Shown here: positions 56,373-63,022 of the stretch, piece after piece
How the letters are laid out: every line of letters begins with the position of its first letter
Position numbering within the stretch: the stretch's first letter is position 1
Source: a virus
Lineage: Duplodnaviria; Caudoviricetes
DNA: 63,022 nt
Strand: one strand, 5' to 3'
Virus record (IMG/VR): IMGVR_UViG_3300031578_012080
Coordinates: 1-63,022 of that record
The notes under the pieces: model-generated
The model's database searches: none
What the model was told of the DNA's origin: nothing
Seen by the model: only the letters and a program-made list of their open reading frames with translations
Made by a program: the position numbers and the translations under genes

Positions 56373-59300
56373 TTATGCTACATTAATTACTAAAGTATTT
56401 ACTGCTAAAAATTCTAAATCACTAATTGCAATATCACTTGATCCCGATTCACCATTAATTATATATGAAACAGTATAATTATGATTACTTGGTAAATCTC
56501 CATCAATTGTTGAAACTACTATTTCACCTTCAGAAGAAATAAATCCTTGACCTGGTGCAGTATCAACATCATTTTGGTTTGTTACAAGTGTCAATAATCT
56601 ATCACTTTCAAAAATTGCATAAAATCCATCACCTGCATTACTTCCTAATGTTTTATGCAATAATGTGTTTTCACCTGTTGAATAGGAATTTACAACACTA
56701 GATTGAAATAATATAAAATCAGTATTTATTATTTCTCTATTAACTTTTGTCCCATCAGTTTTTATCATAGTTGTCAAAGGAACTAATACCGATTTCACTT
56801 TATCAACATCTTCAATAATATGAATAACATCACTTTGTGCTAAATGACTTCCCATATCTAATGCATCCAGATAATTAACTATTTTTGTAATTATATCTGA
56901 TTTTACCGTTTCAATATCAGCTTCTGTAATAACTGAAGATCTTAAAACAACTGAAAATTCAAAATCAAGTTCAGTTTGCAATACACTTTTTACTAAAATA
57001 TCAGCTGTTATATTTCTTACTTCTTCAATATCTTCTTGAACTATATTTACCAATCTACTCATTGTATATGTAATTGTTAATAATTCTCCATAAACATATA
57101 TTACAGTAACTGGAATACCATTTGGAATTGTTGAAGATGCTGATCTGGCAATCTGAACTTTTTCAGTTGGTTCAGCTTCTTGAATAAGATAATCAATATT
57201 TTCTTGATATATTATTGAACCACTTTTTATAATAATAGATGCTGTATCTATTCCAAGTTTTTCTAATTCTTTATACTCATTGTTTACAAGTGTTATTTCT
57301 TCAGTGTAAGAAAATACATCACCTAATGGAATACCATTTGCAAATATAATTTTAACTTTTCTTTGTGATCTAGAAGAATTTCCTTCTATTAAAATATCAT
57401 CAATGCTCTCAAATTCATAATTTACATTTTCTTCTAATGCACCACTTTCCGATCCAACTACAGAAATTATTGATGTTGCTGGTTGATAAGTTAATAAAAT
57501 AGGTTCACTATCTCTATATCTATATGTTGCTTTTATTAAATCAGTTATAAGCATTCCGATTGATGCATTTGTATAATTTGTTGGTTCAAGTTCAAGTGAT
57601 ACCCCATCAAGTCCAACAAGAAGACTTTCAACGAGATCAGTATTTGCTAATTGTGCTGTTGTTTCTCCACCTGTAGCATTTGAATATAAAACTTCATTTG
57701 TAATCGATGTAGTATATTTATAATTACAAGATAAATGATCACCAATAATCAATCCTGTATTTAATATTATAGAACCATTTAATAATGTTACTGTATATTC
57801 CGATTCATTCATTAATGTACCATTTTTAAAAACAAATAATGATCTTTTTGCAATCGGAAAATTAAGAGTTTGAAAAAATACTTCACCACCTATTGCTGTC
57901 TCAATTAAAACTTCATTTGTTATCTGTGTCTTATAATAATAATCAGCTTCAACTACATCCCCTGTTTCTAATGCTAATGTGAATGTCACTAATCCTGTTT
58001 CAAGATCACAATTAACATCAATTCCTTTTAGCATTTCTGATGAATTTTTTCTTACTCTCCAGTTTCCAAGTAAATCATATTCGCCACTTTGTGTTAAATT
58101 ATTCACATTGTTTACTCTGAATATTGGATATGTTAAAGATGGTAATCCACTTGTAGAACTAATTATCATATTTGTTGCATCATCAATATTAAATTGTTCA
58201 TCTTCTGACTGATTAAATAGAAATCCAATACTTTCTGTAACTTGAATATCATCACCACCTCTTATATAAATATCAACTTTTCCGTAAACGTGTTTTTTTC
58301 TTACTTCATCGTAATCTCTTTGCATCATTGGATGTCCTGCTCCAACAACCATCATGTCTCTCACTTCAGGAACTGACATTACAATTCTTCTATATCCTGC
58401 ATCTGTTCCAACATCTAGTCCAACAAAAGCTAAATTTGCTCTATCAGCCAAATCAGCATTTGATTCTGAATCTTCACCGCCAATAGCAGGTTGTAAATTT
58501 GTAACTCTTAATCCTGCTACAGTTGAACTAACTATTGTATTTGCATTTACATTTCCTGCTGCTCCAGGAACTAGAGCAACAGCAGCCAATGTTATTTCAT
58601 ATTGTTCCGTAATTTCATTCCAATAATCATCAAGTCTATCTACATACATTGTTGCTTCTGATAATGTTGAAAAAGCAATAGCTTCTTCAGTTTCTGTTGG
58701 AATTGTACTTGCTTCAGTTTCAAAAGCTATTGTAATATTTGTTGTTGGGGCAATATTTGTAAAATAAAGAAGATCAACATTTGAACTAGTAGCTTCACCT
58801 CTAGATACTCCAAAATTTGATGCTAATCTATCAAATGATAAATCAATCATTGATTGAACATCATCATCATTTTCAAAAAAGTATGCATCTTTAAGTAATA
58901 ATTTTTTAGTAGATGTCGCAACTGGATCAGAAATTCTATCATTATCCTCATCATCAAGCTTTCTAAGAGCCATAAATGATTGAGATCGCATTGCAAAATC
59001 TAATCTTATATATGCTAAATAAAATTCTCTACTTTGTGGATCAATATGAATTTGTCTTTCAACAGAACCAGGTTTCACATCTAAATTTGGTTCTCTTCCC
59101 AAGAGTATTGTTATTAAATCAAGTGCAACTTCTTTTTGTGTTCTAATTGGAAAATCAATTTCTTCTGTTGTAATCGTAAAAGGTATTACACCTATTTCAA
59201 TTGAATGTGAACTTTCTTCTGCAATATCATTAACCGCAGTAATAACATAATATTGTTTTGCATCTTCAGTTAGTCCTGTATGTTCATAAGAATATATCGT

Positions 59301-59576
59301 CTGTTCTTCAATTGTTTCAACTATTGTTGTTGTCTTTTCAGCTCCAACCTGCCTTACCTCTTCATTAGATGATACAATAACTTGGTCAATTCTTGTTATT
59401 TCATCAATTAAAGAATTATTCAGTTTAACATATCCGCTAACACCACCACCAGATGTGGTAGCATTGTAGATATTGTATCCACTTATATTCGTTTCAGGAT
59501 TTTTTACCCAAAATATAGTAATTCTATTTGAATATACTTGATATGTTAATCCTGTTGGAGGTGTTGGTATAGACAT
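56373..59576 (-). CDS. baseplate J-like wedge protein with N-terminal Fn3 domain and insertions
   Basis: KPGSV.R, DRLASNFGVSR, G.AGNV.AN.I, GG.D.ESNA.LA.R, GKVDIYI, SDVI; Fn3 motifs PTPPTGL, GYNIY, YYVITAV. Confidence 0.85.
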   Translation of the reverse strand: MSIPTPPTGLTYQVYSNRITIFWVKNPETNISGYNIYNATTSGGGVSGYVKLNNSLIDEITRIDQVIVSSNEEVRQVGAEKTTTIVETIEEQTIYSYEHTGLTEDAKQYYVITAVNDIAEESSHSIEIGVIPFTITTEEIDFPIRTQKEVALDLITILLGREPNLDVKPGSVERQIHIDPQSREFYLAYIRLDFAMRSQSFMALRKLDDEDNDRISDPVATSTKKLLLKDAYFFENDDDVQSMIDLSFDRLASNFGVSRGEATSSNVDLLYFTNIAPTTNITIAFETEASTIPTETEEAIAFSTLSEATMYVDRLDDYWNEITEQYEITLAAVALVPGAAGNVNANTIVSSTVAGLRVTNLQPAIGGEDSESNADLADRANLAFVGLDVGTDAGYRRIVMSVPEVRDMMVVGAGHPMMQRDYDEVRKKHVYGKVDIYIRGGDDIQVTESIGFLFNQSEDEQFNIDDATNMIISSTSGLPSLTYPIFRVNNVNNLTQSGEYDLLGNWRVRKNSSEMLKGIDVNCDLETGLVTFTLALETGDVVEADYYYKTQITNEVLIETAIGGEVFFQTLNFPIAKRSLFVFKNGTLMNESEYTVTLLNGSIILNTGLIIGDHLSCNYKYTTSITNEVLYSNATGGETTAQLANTDLVESLLVGLDGVSLELEPTNYTNASIGMLITDLIKATYRYRDSEPILLTYQPATSIISVVGSESGALEENVNYEFESIDDILIEGNSSRSQRKVKIIFANGIPLGDVFSYTEEITLVNNEYKELEKLGIDTASIIIKSGSIIYQENIDYLIQEAEPTEKVQIARSASSTIPNGIPVTVIYVYGELLTITYTMSRLVNIVQEDIEEVRNITADILVKSVLQTELDFEFSVVLRSSVITEADIETVKSDIITKIVNYLDALDMGSHLAQSDVIHIIEDVDKVKSVLVPLTTMIKTDGTKVNREIINTDFILFQSSVVNSYSTGENTLLHKTLGSNAGDGFYAIFESDRLLTLVTNQNDVDTAPGQGFISSEGEIVVSTIDGDLPSNHNYTVSYIINGESGSSDIAISDLEFLAVNTLVINVA

Positions 59577-59588
59577 TAAAATATCCTT

Positions 59589-61079
59589 TTATTGAAGTCT
59601 TATTTCGTCTTTAAGCTCATCCATTTGTCCAGCTTTATTTACAACATTTACTTGAATATTATATAATAATGGTTCAGTTTCATTTTGAGTAACAATTACA
59701 CTTTCAATATATTCCAAAAATTCTTGATCTGTTACTTCTTGATATTCAGCTTGCTTTATTTGAACAGTTTTAAATGTTTCAAGCGTATTTACAATTTCAC
59801 CAGTTATTTTAGTTTCTACAAATTCTGCTATCTGTTTTGTTCCTATCATTGTTTCAAGATTTGTACCATACCAAGATGCAATAGTATCACTTCCTAAAAC
59901 TGTTTTTATCATCTTTTTCAAATCTTGTAATAATTTATCAATACCTCTTACTGTTTTATATTTACCCAATGGATTAAGAGTATAATCTATTAAATCTGAA
60001 TTAACTTTGCATTTATCACATTGGTTAGGATCAACAACATAATCAACTGATATTTTATCTTGTGTAACATCTGCTTCATAATAATAGGATGCTTCTACAA
60101 GATCATCATCATGAGGTGTTAAAACTATTTTTACCCATCCTGTTTCTGGATCAACACCTGTAACTTTTACAGGTTCATTATTTATCCAAACAATAATAGC
60201 ATTATTTAATGTATCAGCTGGAGTTTCTACAAAACTTTGATTCAAAGGCAACAATGGAGAATGAACAGTAAAAAATTCATTTTCTGTTCCAGTAAAATAA
60301 CTTGATACATCTTCTCTTTCAATAAATGTTCTTTGAGTATTTAATTTTTCAAAAAAGATAATATTCAATGCATTTTCAATTAATGATGTTTCATTTTTTT
60401 CTGTATACCACCCATTATTATTTCTTGTAAAATATTGAATTGTTACTTCTTGATCTGCAGCAGGTGTTTCTTTAATAACAATTTTACTATTCACAGCATC
60501 TAGTTCATCAATTTTTGCTTTAAAATAATATGATATTGTAACTGTATCTGAAACTAATGGTGGTTCTGATAATTGAACTCTTCCAGATATTGGTTCAATA
60601 TTTACAATATCAGCATCTTCTACAATATCACCATTTATTTTTACTTCAATATCATCTACTTCAATTTCAGTATTAAAATCATATGTTTTTGATCTTATTA
60701 ATGGAATTCCTTGAGTTATAAAATAATCTTCAGTTCCAGTTAATTGTTCAGAAACATCTTCGTCTACAACCTTCATTTTTACAGTAACATCATCACGATG
60801 TGTTGCGTATTGAGCTAGCTTTAAACCATTATATATTGGTCCAGATGTAACATAAATTATTCTATTTGTTCCATCAAATTGATCACTTACATTTTCCATA
60901 ATTAAGGTTTCTGTTAAACTCCCCCTTAATCTTCGAAAATCATTTATACGCACAACAGTACTATCTGATGTTTTCATTGATTTTTTCAAAACAACAGTCT
61001 GATGATCTTCTCTTACAATTTGATCTTCTTCAATTATTTTATTGTCACATTCTCTTACAAGACTTTTGTCATATGACAT
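59589..61079 (-). CDS. gp25/GPW-like baseplate protein with three N-terminal repeat domains
   Basis: C-terminal G..KL.QD..K...T..GS.....WYGT.L; repeats ENVSDQFDGT, EDVSEQLTGT, EDVSSYFTGT. Confidence 0.75.
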   Translation of the reverse strand: MSYDKSLVRECDNKIIEEDQIVREDHQTVVLKKSMKTSDSTVVRINDFRRLRGSLTETLIMENVSDQFDGTNRIIYVTSGPIYNGLKLAQYATHRDDVTVKMKVVDEDVSEQLTGTEDYFITQGIPLIRSKTYDFNTEIEVDDIEVKINGDIVEDADIVNIEPISGRVQLSEPPLVSDTVTISYYFKAKIDELDAVNSKIVIKETPAADQEVTIQYFTRNNNGWYTEKNETSLIENALNIIFFEKLNTQRTFIEREDVSSYFTGTENEFFTVHSPLLPLNQSFVETPADTLNNAIIVWINNEPVKVTGVDPETGWVKIVLTPHDDDLVEASYYYEADVTQDKISVDYVVDPNQCDKCKVNSDLIDYTLNPLGKYKTVRGIDKLLQDLKKMIKTVLGSDTIASWYGTNLETMIGTKQIAEFVETKITGEIVNTLETFKTVQIKQAEYQEVTDQEFLEYIESVIVTQNETEPLLYNIQVNVVNKAGQMDELKDEIRLQ

Positions 61080-61588
61080 TATACTCTATCCTTATCAAAT
61101 AATTTCTCTGCATTTATTTTATCTTGTTGTGTTCTATACAATGATTTGATATTTGAATTTGTGAATAACGAATTTAAAGTATTTAATAATTCAAAGGTTT
61201 CTGTTTGTGCTATTACTCTTAAATCCCTTTCTTTATATTTTTGTTCTATTGTATCTGTTATCTTTTTTATTTTATACTCAATTCTTTCTCGTTTATATTT
61301 AATATTATCAATAAATGGTTCTTTAATTCGTGCCATAAGGATAGCAGGATTTATATCATCATACATATGTTTTTCTCTTGCTATTTCATTTTCTTTCATT
61401 TCAGTTAGGGCATTTCCACCCATTGCACTATCTGCTGTTTGTAATTCTGCTCTTGTAGTTTCCAAATTAGCAATTTCAGTAATTAAAGTATTTATATGTT
61501 CATTTGTGTTTTCTATCTCAATGCTCAAAAATGATCGCAAACCTTGCAATTCATCACTTGTCATTGTTCCTAGAAAGTTGAACGCCAT
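61079..61588 (-). CDS. hypothetical helical protein in the baseplate module
   Basis: MAFNFLGT start, coiled-coil character, coupled to the gp25-like gene. Confidence 0.75.
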   Translation of the reverse strand: MAFNFLGTMTSDELQGLRSFLSIEIENTNEHINTLITEIANLETTRAELQTADSAMGGNALTEMKENEIAREKHMYDDINPAILMARIKEPFIDNIKYKRERIEYKIKKITDTIEQKYKERDLRVIAQTETFELLNTLNSLFTNSNIKSLYRTQQDKINAEKLFDKDRV

Positions 61589-61619
61589 ATATTTTCCCTA
61601 TTGTTGGTTTTTACATACA

Positions 61620-61673
61620 GCACTATAAGTAGTGCAAAAATGCTCTCCTCCGACTATAAGAGTCTATGAGCAT
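61620..61673. promoter_or_regulatory. twin hairpins sharing an ACTATAAG core
   Basis: GCACTA-TAAG-TAGTGC (61620-61635); ATGCTC/GAGCAT stem (61640-61673) enclosing GACT-ATAAG-AGTC. Confidence 0.5.
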
Positions 61674-61753
61674 CTCTGAGGAATCTAGTCTTTTGAGGTT
61701 ATTTAATGGCTGCTATTATAAAAACTTAAGAAAAACAAACTAAATTATTAATC

Positions 61754-61834
61754 TTATTTTCCTAAGAATTTCATTAGTGCTTATTTTCCTAAGAGTTTCA
61801 TTAGTGCTTCTTTTCCTAAGAGTTTCATTAGTGC
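61754..61834. repeat. 3 x 27-bp tandem repeat spanning a stop codon
   Basis: tt(a/c)ttttcctaaga(a/g)tttcattagtgc at 61754, 61781 and 61808. Confidence 0.95.
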
Positions 61835-63022
61835 TTCACCAGTTTTAACAGCTGGATCACCAAAATTTGGAGCACCCCATGTGACTACAACTCCTCCTGT
61901 AAATCCATCAATACTACTTGATGGACCACCTTCAGCATTTGCAATAGAATCTTTTAAATATTCATTTCCGCCTTTTGATGTAGGAATACTTAATAAATGT
62001 AAATCTGCATCAAAAAATATTGTATCTAATAGATCTATCATTTCCTGAAGTCTTATTAAAACATTTTGTATATATTCTATTTTTTTCTGAATAAGTTCAA
62101 TAAATTTAACAACTGCATTTGATAATTTTTCTGTTCCTGCAAGTAATGATTTTAATAATTTTTCTATTAATCCAATAAGTTCTTCAACTGGTAAAATATC
62201 ACCAATTCTTATTGCATTCCAGTTTGGATATAATCCTGTTAATTCACCAGGTGCAAACACTTTTGAATATCCATCACAACGTTGTGACATTGTGCCATTT
62301 TGACAAGCAGCAACATCCCAAAATTTTTCAAATGGAATATCTTCTGGAACTATTTTTTGATTTTCCAAGTTTGGATCAGCTTTATCTGTAATTGTTTCTT
62401 CATCATAACCATAATGAATTTCAAGTATTCCTGTATATACTGCTGTTAGTTCTACTGTACCATCCTGGGCATTTAATAATTTATATTCTGGTAATACAGC
62501 ATCTTCAGGAAATATTACTACAGACCCTTCATAAACTGGTGTATTCCTTAAATTAATTGTTTGTTTACCTAACTTTGTAATTTCATATTCTTCACCCGAT
62601 ATTGCTTTATATTCACTATTTTTAATTTTCTCTATATATGTTGATATTTTTCTAGTTGAAGTTCCTGTATTACTACATGAAAGACCATCATTATATATAC
62701 AATTTGCATTCTCATATCCATCGCATTGTGTTGTTCCATCATGACAAGTTATTTTATCAAAATAATATTCATTAAAAACACTATCAGTACATCTATAATT
62801 TGTTGAACCTTCAAGATCATAATAATTATACTCAACATTATATTCTATCGGTTGTGTTAATATTGTTGTAGTTATTGAAACTTCACCTGTTTCTGCATTT
62901 ACTAACTCAACTTTTCCAATATATGTTGATGGTGTAAATCTTATAGTTAATGGTTCAACTACAGGATGTTTTCTTAAATAAATCGTATGTGTTTCTTCTT
63001 CTAAATTAAGTTTATGTTTTTC
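61781..63022 (-). CDS. 3' part of a large virion structural protein (start lies outside the window)
   Basis: Frame is open from 63022 to the stop at 61781 (414 codons), so the track start at 62368 is internal; repeated beta units and C..GT...CDGY motifs. Confidence 0.75.
   Translation of the reverse strand, partial: EKHKLNLEEETHTIYLRKHPVVEPLTIRFTPSTYIGKVELVNAETGEVSITTTILTQPIEYNVEYNYYDLEGSTNYRCTDSVFNEYYFDKITCHDGTTQCDGYENANCIYNDGLSCSNTGTSTRKISTYIEKIKNSEYKAISGEEYEITKLGKQTINLRNTPVYEGSVVIFPEDAVLPEYKLLNAQDGTVELTAVYTGILEIHYGYDEETITDKADPNLENQKIVPEDIPFEKFWDVAACQNGTMSQRCDGYSKVFAPGELTGLYPNWNAIRIGDILPVEELIGLIEKLLKSLLAGTEKLSNAVVKFIELIQKKIEYIQNVLIRLQEMIDLLDTIFFDADLHLLSIPTSKGGNEYLKDSIANAEGGPSSSIDGFTGGVVVTWGAPNFGDPAVKTGEALMKLLGKEALMKLLGK

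Noticed and set aside
746-61628. All plus-strand ORFs in the track (for example 61146-61628, 29123-29500, 12088-12450, 19848-20186)
   Set aside because: They are antisense shadows of well-supported minus-strand genes, with Phe/Leu/Ser/Ile-biased composition and no motifs.
61754-61834. CRISPR array or DGR template/variable repeat
   Set aside because: The repeats are contiguous with no spacers. There is no reverse transcriptase in the window, and only two variable positions.
1-63022. Stop-codon reassignment
   Set aside because: Standard-code ORFs tile the window densely, and TAA, TAG and TGA all end genes at sensible positions.
1-63022. Bacterial chromosome origin, suggested by tig, dnaE, recA, nusG and dnaG
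   Set aside because: These genes are divergent and interleaved with gp32/UvsY/gp42-like and baseplate genes in one unidirectional block, without cellular synteny.

Overview
A strongly AT-rich 63-kb segment of a large myovirus-type bacteriophage genome. Every credible gene is on the minus strand, the code is standard, and I see no tRNA, CRISPR array, intein or intact mobile element. In transcription order (right to left) it holds four regions. (1) An oversized baseplate/tail module: gp25-like, gpJ-like, a 2784-aa Ig-repeat/wedge protein, a tail-collar-like protein and a 1001-aa tail protein. (2) A largely bacterial-type replication, recombination and transcription module: SF2 helicase, DnaD-like initiator, DnaC, DnaB, full-length trigger factor, PD-(D/E)XK nuclease, DnaG, sigma factor, NusG paralogue, DinG, 5'-3' exonuclease, tandem HU-like protein, UvsY-like, gp32-like SSB, RecA, RuvC, SbcCD and an apparently inactive ligase. 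(3) A block of unknown, possibly head-associated genes with a zincin, thioredoxin and YhaM. (4) A DnaE polymerase with an N-terminal UDG-like domain, heading a roughly 12-kb operon that looks like a cytosine hypermodification pathway. That operon encodes a GT-B glycosyltransferase, a free UDG-like protein, a NodU/CmcH carbamoyltransferase, a P-loop kinase, two thymidylate-synthase-fold proteins that both carry the cytosine-specifying Asp (one clearly T4 gp42-like), dUTPase, dCMP deaminase and a degenerate epimerase. This operon, especially the second TS-fold protein and the pairing of carbamoyl- and glycosyltransferase, is the best candidate for an undescribed system. All calls come from motif reading and recall; no database search was run.
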